Shown: in pieces, positions 14,996 to 24,377 of the stretch | How positions within the stretch are numbered: the first letter of the stretch is position 1 | Layout: each line of letters begins with the position of its first letter | DNA from: a virus | Length of the DNA: 44,466 nucleotides | Virus record (IMG/VR): IMGVR_UViG_3300021976_000003 | Coordinates: 1 to 44,466 of that record | Strand: one strand, 5' to 3' | Position numbers and translations under genes: made by a program | Notes under the pieces: generated by a model | The model's input: the letters and a program-made list of their open reading frames with translations, nothing else | The model's database searches: none | Told to the model about the DNA's origin: nothing

Positions 14996-15010
14996 AATAC
15001 TGTAATACAC

Positions 15011-15484
15011 ATGGCGTCAAAGGGGTTAAAGATTATCATAAATGGTTCTGCCAGTTATGTGCCCAACACAGAAAAACAACGTAGATTTTGGATGGACCAC
15101 AATACGGTTCTGAACCGGCCACCTAAGATCAGAGACGTTGAATCACACCTAGCCACTATCATAGAGGCTACCCAGGAGGAAGTTGAACAGTACTTATTCC
15201 CCAAACCAAAGGCTAGAAGGACCAATGCACCGGTCCTCCCCAATCTGGCCGAAGAAAACAAGGCTATGAAGGGCGAGATTGACCAGCTAAAGAATATGCT
15301 GTTGCAATTATTGGCTAACCAAGGCGGTAGTGTACCAGCGCAGCCGGTAGCGGTACCAGTGGTGGCTGTGTCTACACCCGAGCCGCTACCTGTAGAAACC
15401 TCCGAACCTGAAGAAGATGAGGAACTATTAGATATTTTTGGACCCGAAACTGAACGCAGGCGGGGAAGACCTAAAAAATCATAA
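15011..15484 (+). CDS. Hypothetical protein (157 aa) with a Pro/Val/Glu-rich linker and a basic RRRGRPKKS tail
   Basis: ORF track. The C-terminal GRP core resembles an AT-hook. Lies upstream of the scaffold-like gene. Confidence 0.55.
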   Translation: MASKGLKIIINGSASYVPNTEKQRRFWMDHNTVLNRPPKIRDVESHLATIIEATQEEVEQYLFPKPKARRTNAPVLPNLAEENKAMKGEIDQLKNMLLQLLANQGGSVPAQPVAVPVVAVSTPEPLPVETSEPEEDEELLDIFGPETERRRGRPKKS

Positions 15485-15559
15485 TATGACAAAGATAATT
15501 GCGCATTTCGGTTGTTGCAACGGCGGCAAAAAGCCCAAACCTAAACCTAAAAGATAACA

Positions 15560-16468
15560 ATGCCTGTTAAAATAGGAACACTTTTAAACAATTTGGCTAC
15601 TAAATTCGGCGTCGATACCACAAGTCCGGAATTTATAGAATTACTTTCCGCTAATCTTGAGGTACCGGATAATATCGCAAGTTCATTCCAGAACTTGACC
15701 TTATTGACCGAAGAAAGTGCCAAGAACAACCCTAAATTAAAAGCGCATTTTACAGCATTGGCCCTAAATGGTGGGGATGCCCGTATTAATTCCGCCATGG
15801 AAGAACTTGGTTTTTCCGATGAATACCGGAATGAAATCATAGGAGCACCCAGCACATACGATAAAATAAGTCTTTTAGCTAAGAAGGCTGCCGAGCTGGG
15901 CAATCAAAAAGCAGCAGCTACCGGTAAGGAAAAGGAAAGTGTTGCTAACCAGTACAATGCAGCGATGGCAGAACTGGTTAACCAAAAGAAACTTTACGAG
16001 CAGCAGCTTGCTGGTAAAGAGCAGGAGTACTCCGAGAAGATGAAAACGCATATCCTGCGTGGTAAGTTGACTTCCCGTAAGTTGGATACCAGCCGTTTTG
16101 ATCTGGAAACAATGTCCGATATAGCTTTCAATCAGTTACAAAAGGAGCTGGCAACGAAAGGTATTAAAATTAAGAACGAAAACGATGTACTGAAGCTGAA
16201 ACAAGCCCAGGATGACGCCCTTGATTATTTTGAAAATAATCAGCCCTACAGCGTTGACCAGCTTATTGATTCAGTTTTAGCAAACAATAAACTTCTCGCG
16301 GTTAATGACCAGCCCTCCGCAGCCGGTATCAATGGCAACATGCAAAATTATCAAGCTAATACCACTCAATCGAATGGTAAGACAGTGCAGCCATTGACTG
16401 GAATGCGATCTAAATTGGATAAGGTCGCCGCTGATTATCAATTAGGTAGTGGTAATAGTGTAATATAA
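15560..16468 (+). CDS. Putative scaffolding protein (302 aa)
   Basis: Predicted mostly helical, Lys/Glu/Gln/Ala-rich sequence directly upstream of the capsid candidate. Confidence 0.45.
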   Translation: MPVKIGTLLNNLATKFGVDTTSPEFIELLSANLEVPDNIASSFQNLTLLTEESAKNNPKLKAHFTALALNGGDARINSAMEELGFSDEYRNEIIGAPSTYDKISLLAKKAAELGNQKAAATGKEKESVANQYNAAMAELVNQKKLYEQQLAGKEQEYSEKMKTHILRGKLTSRKLDTSRFDLETMSDIAFNQLQKELATKGIKIKNENDVLKLKQAQDDALDYFENNQPYSVDQLIDSVLANNKLLAVNDQPSAAGINGNMQNYQANTTQSNGKTVQPLTGMRSKLDKVAADYQLGSGNSVI

Positions 16469-16488
16469 CTATACTAATACCTTTCATA

Positions 16489-17634
16489 ATGGCACTTGGT
16501 TTTTGCCCTCCCATCCTCGCCCATCTTAAGGCGATTTCTGAATGTAACACACCTTCTTCTAAGATCACCCCGGCCGGCTTCCTTCGCCTCCTGGTAGAAA
16601 ACAATCCACAGACACGTATTATAAACGCTGATCACGCATTGAAACTGGACGATGGTTCAGGCCACATCCGTGATCTGATCGTTAAATATCTGAAGCGCGC
16701 TGTTCCTGAACAGACCAGTACATCTGACGATTGTGAGATCAACAACATGAATGTTTACAATGAACTTACGATTCCCGCTACCAACTATCGTAAGAAAACA
16801 TTGCTGATCGCCGATGAGGACTTATCTCGTTATTGCGCTGATGCTACCGAAATGGTACGTATCAATGGATTCCCTACGCCTTTTATGCGTGAGTTCTTGG
16901 ATCAAATCATGGTAGAAGCCAATGCTTTAATTGGTGCGATAGACCAGGATTTATTGACCCTTCAGGCTACCCGTTTTGGGGTGAATGTCCACACTGGCTC
17001 CAATGCTGCCGAGACCGTTAACTTCCCTGGTGCCAATGCTGGTGTGAATAACTCCTTCGATGATGGAATGATTCACATCCTTCAGGACGCTGCCTTGAAC
17101 GAGGTGTGCGGAAACTTGCTAATAGCAGGTCATGGTAATTTCAATGCCTTCACGCTTCAGCAGGCGGTTGCATGTTGCAATCAGCTGGGTATTGATTCCA
17201 GTCGTTTCACCGGATTCAATTTCTATCCTGACTTGTATTCTCAAGATATTTGGGGCACCAACCATATTGGTGTATTTAGCCAAGGCTCTGTAGGCTTTGT
17301 GGAGCTGAATAGGTATGAGGGATTCCGTGCCGGCCTTAAAGGAACTTCACAGCTCTTCACTATGCCGCTGCCGATCGACTGCCCTCAGTGTAATGGTGGA
17401 TATGACAGCATCGACTTTGACGTTCAGTTAAGGTATATCGATTGTCCTACCACTGTAACCATTTGCGGCGAAGAAACCACCGTTCGTAGCGGTTGGGCGC
17501 TGACCCTGGGTAAATCTTTCGGACTGTTCAACATCCCGACTGATGCCTACCAGAATACTGCTTACGGTGATTGTTATACCGATCGCCTGAGTGGGAATAA
17601 CGGTACGCTGCGTTTCGTAATCACCAATGATTAA
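16489..17634 (+). CDS. Putative major capsid protein (381 aa)
   Basis: Position after the scaffold-like gene and a size typical of HK97-fold capsid proteins. No direct motif proof. Confidence 0.55.
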   Translation: MALGFCPPILAHLKAISECNTPSSKITPAGFLRLLVENNPQTRIINADHALKLDDGSGHIRDLIVKYLKRAVPEQTSTSDDCEINNMNVYNELTIPATNYRKKTLLIADEDLSRYCADATEMVRINGFPTPFMREFLDQIMVEANALIGAIDQDLLTLQATRFGVNVHTGSNAAETVNFPGANAGVNNSFDDGMIHILQDAALNEVCGNLLIAGHGNFNAFTLQQAVACCNQLGIDSSRFTGFNFYPDLYSQDIWGTNHIGVFSQGSVGFVELNRYEGFRAGLKGTSQLFTMPLPIDCPQCNGGYDSIDFDVQLRYIDCPTTVTICGEETTVRSGWALTLGKSFGLFNIPTDAYQNTAYGDCYTDRLSGNNGTLRFVITND

Positions 17635-17636
17635 TA

Positions 17637-18179
17637 ATGGCCACTGGTACTACCATACTTAATTGCCTTACCGGGTATATTGGTTTAATTTCCTGTGATG
17701 AAACTACGCCGGGCAGTGAATTGTATATCAATGATCTGCCCGGTATTTCAAGTGAAGTTATCCAGGTAATCACTAAACCAAGCGATGAAACATTTGTTGC
17801 AACATGGAGCGATATAGAAAAAAGGGGGATACTAATGTTCCGTTCCCAATTGATGGCAGAGCTGAACAAGTGCTATGAGGTCCATAAAATGGATACCGTA
17901 GAGTGTTTGGCCTGCGAGAACCAGGAATTGCTTAGTGTGGCATTGTGGTACCTGCTGGGGCATTTGGTAATGGTGCAGGCGCTTATCAATTGGAACTTCA
18001 CACATTTCACTACCGTTAATCGGCAAAGTGTGGAGGAAATACGCGATTATTATTTCACTCAATTTCAAGTGGAGTTAAATGCCGCTGTAAAGGGTATTGA
18101 TATTGAGCACAGTATCTGTATGGAGGACAAATGTATTGTGCAGAATGGGACTTATCATTTCAGAGATAGCTTAATGTAA
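17637..18179 (+). CDS. Putative head-tail connector / head completion protein (180 aa)
   Basis: Synteny only: the gene immediately follows the capsid candidate. Confidence 0.35.
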   Translation: MATGTTILNCLTGYIGLISCDETTPGSELYINDLPGISSEVIQVITKPSDETFVATWSDIEKRGILMFRSQLMAELNKCYEVHKMDTVECLACENQELLSVALWYLLGHLVMVQALINWNFTHFTTVNRQSVEEIRDYYFTQFQVELNAAVKGIDIEHSICMEDKCIVQNGTYHFRDSLM

Positions 18180-18631
18180 TGGCGATAACACTTACCATCG
18201 ACAGTAATTATGATAAAATCAGCGAAGGAATAAACGCTACGCTGAAGGAGATCATAGAGAACAGCGATCCAATATTGCTGGCTGCTGCAAGTGGAGTATT
18301 GTCATTAGTGAGTGATAGGATACACGTACAGGGTAAGCGGGCCAATGGCGCGCAGATAGGCACCTATAGTAATAGCTATTTAAAGGTAAGGGAAGCTAAC
18401 GGACGTGGTTCAGATAGAAATATTATCCTAAGTTTTACCAAGCAAATGGAGCTCGATTTCACCGTGGTAGCTGTAGGGGGGAACGTAGGATTAGGATTTA
18501 ACAACACTACCAACTTCCAAAAGGCTACATGGTTGGAGCAGAAATATCCAGACACCTATAACTTGAGCGATTCGGAAGAAGAAGAGGTAGTACTTATAAT
18601 TGAAGATTATATAAATGGTTTATTTAAATAA
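18179..18631 (+). CDS. Putative head-tail joining / tail completion protein (150 aa)
   Basis: Synteny. TAATG coupling to the upstream gene. Confidence 0.35.
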   Translation: MAITLTIDSNYDKISEGINATLKEIIENSDPILLAAASGVLSLVSDRIHVQGKRANGAQIGTYSNSYLKVREANGRGSDRNIILSFTKQMELDFTVVAVGGNVGLGFNNTTNFQKATWLEQKYPDTYNLSDSEEEEVVLIIEDYINGLFK

Positions 18632-19217
18632 TGTAATTGGTTTTATTAATGACCTGCTGAAAGATAGGATTTCCAACTATCCTACTGCGACCATGGACGG
18701 GGTTATGAATCAAACCGTTACCAATCAGACAGGAGCAAACGGCCAAAGCAGAATCATTATATACCCTTCAATTATAGACTTAAGTGGGAAAGCCAATTAC
18801 ACCGGTCTGGATAAACGGGTTCCATTCACAGGGTATCACCGGTTAATGGGTTCCACGTTCACCAGGGTTGTAGAGCAAGAGTATGGTGACGATTTAATGA
18901 CCATATTATCCGTAACGGACATACAACTTATAGTTTGGGGGTGGCGGGATAAGATCAATCACAAGCCAGAACAGTTTGCTTTGATACTCGCCGATACGCT
19001 ACCGGCAGGCTCCGTGATAGCAGATGAATTTAAGACATTGGGCATCCGTGAATTGAAGATCGTTGAAGCAGGGATAACGTATGACCAACGAACTATTTTT
19101 AACCAGGAGATACAAGGGGTGCCATACTTCTTAGGACCGGAAACTTTTGTATTTTCAATACGATACAGGATCGAAGGCAGTTATATAAAAGGCTGTCTTA
19201 ATAAATGCGAATGCTAA
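18615..19217 (+). CDS. Putative tail completion/neck protein (200 aa)
   Basis: Synteny only. Confidence 0.3.
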   Translation: MVYLNNVIGFINDLLKDRISNYPTATMDGVMNQTVTNQTGANGQSRIIIYPSIIDLSGKANYTGLDKRVPFTGYHRLMGSTFTRVVEQEYGDDLMTILSVTDIQLIVWGWRDKINHKPEQFALILADTLPAGSVIADEFKTLGIRELKIVEAGITYDQRTIFNQEIQGVPYFLGPETFVFSIRYRIEGSYIKGCLNKCEC

Positions 19218-19237
19218 ACATAATTAAAATATAAAAT

Positions 19238-19798
19238 ATGGCTACGGTATATTATCCCGGGTGTCCTACGAGTGAATTACCATTTTACCAGTGCGACCCT
19301 TGCGAAAATTACGAAAAGAGTAAGGTCCGGTCTGTAGGTGCCGTTACTGATACTTATTACCCTACGTTATTGGCCAACCCTACCAGTACCGCCGTTTGGC
19401 AAGCCGGGATAGCCAGTGAGGACATTATAATCATACCGAGAGTTATTGGCTCCCTGGATGCTCCTGATCCGCTGACCGGTCCTGGATATGGTGATGATGT
19501 TGAAACAATCTTGGGCAGGGATTTCAACCTGATATGGCGTGATCCTAACTACATCAACAACTGTAACTTCTACAATACTTTTCGTAAACGTAATGGTGTA
19601 TTCCACGGGATTTACCGTACTGGCTCTCAGACGCACATCACACCCGAAACCGTTGTTATCGACGCACGTGCTCCTATCACGGAGAACAGCGAAGATAATG
19701 TAGAATGGAACGGTAACATGAGGTGGCGTTCTGAATCACAGCCGTGCCCGTTTGCTACACCTGTAGGGATATTTGATTGCTTTGGTTTAGAGGAATAA
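19238..19798 (+). CDS. Putative major tail tube protein (186 aa)
   Basis: Size and position after the connector genes. Followed by a strong intrinsic terminator, as expected for an abundant structural protein. Confidence 0.4.
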   Translation: MATVYYPGCPTSELPFYQCDPCENYEKSKVRSVGAVTDTYYPTLLANPTSTAVWQAGIASEDIIIIPRVIGSLDAPDPLTGPGYGDDVETILGRDFNLIWRDPNYINNCNFYNTFRKRNGVFHGIYRTGSQTHITPETVVIDARAPITENSEDNVEWNGNMRWRSESQPCPFATPVGIFDCFGLEE

Positions 19799-19802
19799 AA
19801 TA

Positions 19803-19823
19803 GGGGCCATCCGGCCCTTTTTT
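19803..19823 (+). terminator. Intrinsic terminator (GGGGCC-loop-GGCCC followed by T6)
   Basis: Hairpin GGGCC/GGCCC and run TTTTTT read directly between stop 19798 and ATG 19827. Confidence 0.6.
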
Positions 19824-19826
19824 GCT

Positions 19827-20054
19827 ATGGCTACAATTATCCAGTTTACAGTAGGGGACGGTACGCCCGGGCAGACCACAAATTCTTACTCGGCATCCGT
19901 ATTGGCCGGTAAGCGTATCAAGGTATTCCGGGAAGGTCTGTATCAGTATAACACGAAAGGTCCAAATTTCATTATTAACACAAATTCTGGCCCGGTTTTC
20001 TTTTTCCCTGCATTCACGACCGGTGAACGTATACGAATACAAATAATGAATTGA
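19827..20054 (+). CDS. 75-aa protein, stand-alone copy of the C-terminal domain of 9078..10451
   Basis: MATIIQFTVGDGTPG...IKVFREGLYQ...FFFPAFTTGERIRIQIMN shares the blocks FTVGD, REGL and TGERI with residues ~378-457 of the 457-aa protein. Confidence 0.55.
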   Translation: MATIIQFTVGDGTPGQTTNSYSASVLAGKRIKVFREGLYQYNTKGPNFIINTNSGPVFFFPAFTTGERIRIQIMN

Positions 20055-20055
20055 T

Positions 20056-20484
20056 ATGCCAATAAGGTTAGGATCACAGCAATACAACGTGGATAATCAG
20101 ATAAAAGTCGATGGAGAGGTCGTATTACCACGTTCGGCTTCTGCTACTGCTGCCTCATTGGCTGGTGCCTTCCGATATAACCCTGCTATAGAATTACCAC
20201 AGTACTTCGACGGTGTGGTATGGCAGAATGTGGGTACCGGTGGCGGCGGCGGAGATACGATCATAACGGGTACTGCTACGGTTACTGGTGATGGCCTGAC
20301 AAGTCAATTCTTGATCCCGCACATGCAGGGAGTTGTACCAACAGATTACACGATTGATCCAATCACGCCTGCGGCCCAGGGGATATATAGCAAAGACGTT
20401 GATGCTACGAATTTTATCATAAATTATGATGTATCCCCTATCGGTACAATGACTTTTAACTTTACCATGAAAATATCCGCATAA
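20056..20484 (+). CDS. Tail fibre-like protein (142 aa)
   Basis: N-terminal GAFRYNPAIELPQYFDGVVWQNV resembles the conserved N-terminal motif of many phage fibre proteins. A Gly-rich hinge (GTGGGGGD) follows. Confidence 0.4.
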   Translation: MPIRLGSQQYNVDNQIKVDGEVVLPRSASATAASLAGAFRYNPAIELPQYFDGVVWQNVGTGGGGGDTIITGTATVTGDGLTSQFLIPHMQGVVPTDYTIDPITPAAQGIYSKDVDATNFIINYDVSPIGTMTFNFTMKISA

Positions 20485-23259
20485 ATGGTTAATTGGGAGA
20501 CAAGGACAACAGATGCATTAACTGAGCTACAGACTTTCACGGGGACGGCTGGAACAGCATCTAAGATGCAAGTGCTCCACCGGTCCTTCCCTGGAGACAT
20601 GGGCGGAGGGACATTTGAATGGGACAACACCAGTACGCAGGTGGCTGATGGAGCTATCTTTCTTCAGGTTCCCGGAGTGGCTACCGGCAGATGGCGTAGG
20701 ATACATGATAATGATATTAATGTTTGCTGGTTTGGTGCTGTTGGGGATAATGCCACGGATTGTACAGTCGCGTTCCAGGCAGCTTATGAATATGCCAGTA
20801 GCATGACTATGCCAGCTGTAACCACGCCACTTACTTCGCCCACAGTATACGTGCCGCCCGGCACATATCGGGTAGGTGCGCTGATTTGGGGTCAAGGTGA
20901 TCCGGTGCTAGGGAGGGGTAATAGAAATAATGAAATTGGCTTACGTGGCGCCGGCCAAAGGAAATCTACTCTCCGGGCATTGTCCACCACTGCGTTTACA
21001 CTGACCCTAGGGAAGCCTAGCGCTGTTGATTTTAGTGGTAGGTGGACCGTGAGTGATCTTACCTTCCATGGCGGCACTACGGGCTTCGGCGGCGTAGATA
21101 TGGCGAATTGCCGTTATGCTACTTTGGAAAGATGCGAATTTCACTCCTGGGGTGTTGGCGGCACGGGAGTACGAGCCAGCCGGTGGGGAAACAATCTGGT
21201 TGATTTAACCATGTTCTTTGACCATGTAGCGGGCACGATTGGTATCACCGTTATAACGACTGCACCCTACGGCGCGGTTAATGGATTCAATATTAATAAC
21301 GTAAAGATAAACGGTGCTGAGATCGGCATCCGGATGAGCAGCCCGAACCTTGCCAACATCACAAACTGTACCCTGGATCAGTGTAGAGGTACAGCTATAT
21401 ATATTCCTGGTGGGTGTAAGGGGCTTAATGTAGACCACAATTACTTCGAAGCCTGCGGGCAGGACGGTATCACTATTACCCGCTCCGGACCTTCAGGTGA
21501 TGTGACAGAAACCTATTACGGTGCTATCGTTGCGCATAATACTAATGCCGCTCCATCCGCTTCTCCCATTTCCGGGCTGTATATCACAAACAACATGTTC
21601 GCGGCTATCTCCGGAGCCGATAAGACAGTTATCACCCTTAGTGGCGTGGAGGACTGCGTTATTGAGAACAACCAAACCCTACAGACTTACAACAACGACA
21701 GCTTTGTGGAATTAAGGTGGTTGGGTGCGCTGTACAGCCAGGTTCGTAACTTTGTTATCGATCATGGTCCACAGGATGACGCCAACTTAACCCAGCTGGT
21801 TAAGTTCAACACGGACAACAATCTGACATCATGTAACAACATCGTCATTAAAGATCGCAGGTTATTTTCATTCATCAAACAACATTACCTCCCAATACTC
21901 AATGAGCCACATAGATGGCTATCAGCTCTTCCGTGGGCTAACCTTTTCGAAGAGGCTCCTTATGAGGGTTTTGCCGTACATAGATTACCTGCCGGTAGTA
22001 CCCAGGCTTTGGGTGGGAAATCATATACGGTAAATCTGTTGTCAGATGCGATGTCCTCCTGGAAAGGCGCATACTTCCGGGTAAATTTCCGTAGCAAAGG
22101 AGCGGTAGGACTACCTGCGGGTTTCTTGTTGCGGTTGTATGTGGACGAGGTAGAAGCCTGGACGTTGCTCAATCCTACAGAAGATTGGGGAAATGTGGGT
22201 AGAGGTTATTGTTTCATGATACCCAAAACGGCAACTACGATTAGGTTCTACATTGCACCTAATACTTTAACCAGGGATGTATTCTTAACACAGTTTTCAA
22301 TTGTGCCAGCTGCGGTGGACCTATCGCCGTCCTATGCCATGAAGCCTACAGAGCTGGCAGGTATCGCTTATTACGGTTCAGGGAATCCGGAAGGGCCACA
22401 GGTAGCTATCCCTGGGAAATTATACATACGTGAGAACGGTACCCCAGGACGGCAGCTATATGTAAAGGAAACGGCTACCGACGGCACAGGATGGAAGCCA
22501 GTAAGAACGGGGGCCGGCGTTATTCAAAGTAATACAAATGGAGCGGCTACGCTGGTGGGAAATGTCGTCAACTATAGTGATGCGTGGCAAGGCACCAACC
22601 TGGGTGCTACAGGCTTCCCTACCGCTCCTGGAACAGGACAAATAGTAACCTGGAATGGTATAGGTTCTACCGTTACTGATTATGCCCGCGTATTAAGTTG
22701 GTGGTGGCCGACAATAGATGATGGACAGGAGCTGTGGTATCAAAGGTATAGCGCCACAGGGGTACCCCAGGGATGGAGGCAGGTATTAACAGATGCTGAT
22801 GCCGGTAGCGGGTTCTCCACACTTGCTACATTTTTTAATACGGTGAGCAATGCGAGCACCACTCCCAATTTGTACGAAGTGTTCTACACTGCTACGATCC
22901 CCGCGAATACATTAACGGCCAATGGGCACAGAGTTACGGGCACCTACGCGGGCGTGTATGCAGCCAACGCAAATACCAAGGGGCTGAATCTAAGTTTTGA
23001 TGGCAACGTGGTTGGTCCTCCTGAATTTGCTCAGAGTGGTGGATCATGGCACTTTGAAGTGACGGTAATGCGCACAGGAACCGGCACAATCCGGGTGTGG
23101 TCAAAAGTAATCGGCCTGGATCATTCGGAGGTACAGACCACGACCGCTATAGCAGGCATAGATTTTACTGCGGATATTGCCTTTTCGCTGATGGGTGCAG
23201 GAGGTGGTTCTGCGGGTGATGTAAGCGCTCAGATGGGCGAAGTAATAATTAAAAAATAA
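20485..23259 (+). CDS. Tailspike / depolymerase with a pectate-lyase-like right-handed beta-helix (924 aa)
   Basis: NVCWFGAVGDNATDCTVAFQAAYEYA...VYVPPGTYRVG is the typical entry of Pectate_lyase_3-type beta-helix proteins. Followed by repetitive N/G-rich beta-helix-like turns. Confidence 0.7.
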   Translation: MVNWETRTTDALTELQTFTGTAGTASKMQVLHRSFPGDMGGGTFEWDNTSTQVADGAIFLQVPGVATGRWRRIHDNDINVCWFGAVGDNATDCTVAFQAAYEYASSMTMPAVTTPLTSPTVYVPPGTYRVGALIWGQGDPVLGRGNRNNEIGLRGAGQRKSTLRALSTTAFTLTLGKPSAVDFSGRWTVSDLTFHGGTTGFGGVDMANCRYATLERCEFHSWGVGGTGVRASRWGNNLVDLTMFFDHVAGTIGITVITTAPYGAVNGFNINNVKINGAEIGIRMSSPNLANITNCTLDQCRGTAIYIPGGCKGLNVDHNYFEACGQDGITITRSGPSGDVTETYYGAIVAHNTNAAPSASPISGLYITNNMFAAISGADKTVITLSGVEDCVIENNQTLQTYNNDSFVELRWLGALYSQVRNFVIDHGPQDDANLTQLVKFNTDNNLTSCNNIVIKDRRLFSFIKQHYLPILNEPHRWLSALPWANLFEEAPYEGFAVHRLPAGSTQALGGKSYTVNLLSDAMSSWKGAYFRVNFRSKGAVGLPAGFLLRLYVDEVEAWTLLNPTEDWGNVGRGYCFMIPKTATTIRFYIAPNTLTRDVFLTQFSIVPAAVDLSPSYAMKPTELAGIAYYGSGNPEGPQVAIPGKLYIRENGTPGRQLYVKETATDGTGWKPVRTGAGVIQSNTNGAATLVGNVVNYSDAWQGTNLGATGFPTAPGTGQIVTWNGIGSTVTDYARVLSWWWPTIDDGQELWYQRYSATGVPQGWRQVLTDADAGSGFSTLATFFNTVSNASTTPNLYEVFYTATIPANTLTANGHRVTGTYAGVYAANANTKGLNLSFDGNVVGPPEFAQSGGSWHFEVTVMRTGTGTIRVWSKVIGLDHSEVQTTTAIAGIDFTADIAFSLMGAGGGSAGDVSAQMGEVIIKK

Positions 23260-23266
23260 CAATATG

Positions 23267-23274
23267 TATATTTG
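23267..23274 (+). promoter_or_regulatory. Possible -7 box TATATTTG
   Basis: Matches TAnnTTTG just after the stop of 20485..23259. Confidence 0.3.
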
Positions 23275-23357
23275 GCGTAATTTCTGTGCAGCAGTTAGTT
23301 TGTTTTTTCGTGGTAGTAAATCCCGCAGCGCAAAGAGAATATTCGACCCTCGTCCCG

Positions 23358-23732
23358 ATGACAGATAGGATGGCAATACGAATACTATCTTTGCTGTGTA
23401 TATGTGCAAACATATTCACAGGGTATCTATGGTTGCTGTTTGGGAAAGGGATATATTACAAGGGCTTGGCAATCCATTTTATTTGTACATATGTATTGTT
23501 ATGGATTTGTCTGCAACGGCATATAACTGATGTTTTTGTTAAGAATTGTGCGTTATTGGGCATACTTTTCTCCATATATAATTTATTTAAAGAAACGTTC
23601 CTAGACCCAAGGAAAATATATTTTGCAGATTATTTATATCTGATAATATCTGTATGTTTCGTCCTATTTAAACGACTAGAAAATGCCCGATCAGCACGAT
23701 CTGGAAGGATTGCCACAAAAACAGAAAGTTAG
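23358..23732 (+). CDS. Multi-pass membrane protein (124 aa from ATG 23358; holin candidate)
   Basis: The ORF track lists 23286 (GTG start). The first ATG is at 23358 (MTDRMAIRILSLLCICANIFTGYLWLLFG...). It has four hydrophobic segments. Confidence 0.5.
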   Translation: MTDRMAIRILSLLCICANIFTGYLWLLFGKGIYYKGLAIHFICTYVLLWICLQRHITDVFVKNCALLGILFSIYNLFKETFLDPRKIYFADYLYLIISVCFVLFKRLENARSARSGRIATKTES

Positions 23733-23985
23733 ACAACTTACGATTGGCGCTTGGGCTAATGGAGCTGCTGCGATCTTGTTTTTGGGTCTATTTTTGCAGG
23801 CAAAGTTAAGAGAATGTATTCCACTGGCTAAATATGAAGAACTTCAGAATGAGAGAGTGGAAGACCTGAAGAAACAAATCGACAGACAAATTGAACAGAA
23901 GATACAACCGCAGGTGCAAGACATGAAAGCCGGTGTGGACACGCTGACTATACAGGCTGATAGTTTAAAAAAAAATAGATCATGA
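23683..23985 (+). CDS. Single-pass membrane protein with a coiled-coil C-terminus (100 aa)
   Basis: TM segment IGAWANGAAAILFLGLFLQA followed by a charged heptad-like region. 50-nt overlap with the upstream ORF. Confidence 0.5.
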   Translation: MPDQHDLEGLPQKQKVRQLTIGAWANGAAAILFLGLFLQAKLRECIPLAKYEELQNERVEDLKKQIDRQIEQKIQPQVQDMKAGVDTLTIQADSLKKNRS

Positions 23986-24377
23986 GAGAGCTGTCGTTAG
24001 TTGTAATGGCTATTTATACAATGATGGAACTTTTCATCGCTGCGGTTAGCGTAGATACTAAGAAAAAGCCTTGCGAATCATGTACTGACACTATACCTGA
24101 CATCCTTGATAGCCTGATAGCAAAACGTGTTGATAGTGCCGCAGTAGTAACCAATAAGCAATTGGATAGTATAGGGGCCACACGGGATAGTTTAGTAGTA
24201 GAGCTAAAGGCGGTTATCCGAGAACGTAAAAAAAAACTTCAGCTCGGAGACAGCACCGGATGGATAACAGACAGTTTTCGTATGGCAGACGGCAGGACAC
24301 AATATTGGAGTTGGTTTTTTTACCGATACCCTGATGGGACGTATAAATTTTCTCATAAAAAAGTACAAATAAAATGA
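23982..24377 (+). CDS. Protein with an N-terminal signal/anchor segment (131 aa)
   Basis: N-terminal hydrophobic LSLVVMAIYTMMELFIAAVS. ATGA coupling on both sides. Confidence 0.5.
   Translation: MRELSLVVMAIYTMMELFIAAVSVDTKKKPCESCTDTIPDILDSLIAKRVDSAAVVTNKQLDSIGATRDSLVVELKAVIRERKKKLQLGDSTGWITDSFRMADGRTQYWSWFFYRYPDGTYKFSHKKVQIK

Noticed and set aside
15486-15557. 23-codon ORF MTKIIAHFGCCNGGKKPKPKPKR filling the gap between 15484 and 15560
   Set aside because: It fits the gap neatly, but it is too short and low-complexity to support without expression or conservation data.
15055-15903. Minus-strand ORFs 15055..15492 and 15547..15903
   Set aside because: They are antisense to the 157-aa and scaffold-like genes, have low-complexity Ser/Gly composition and lack a promoter context.
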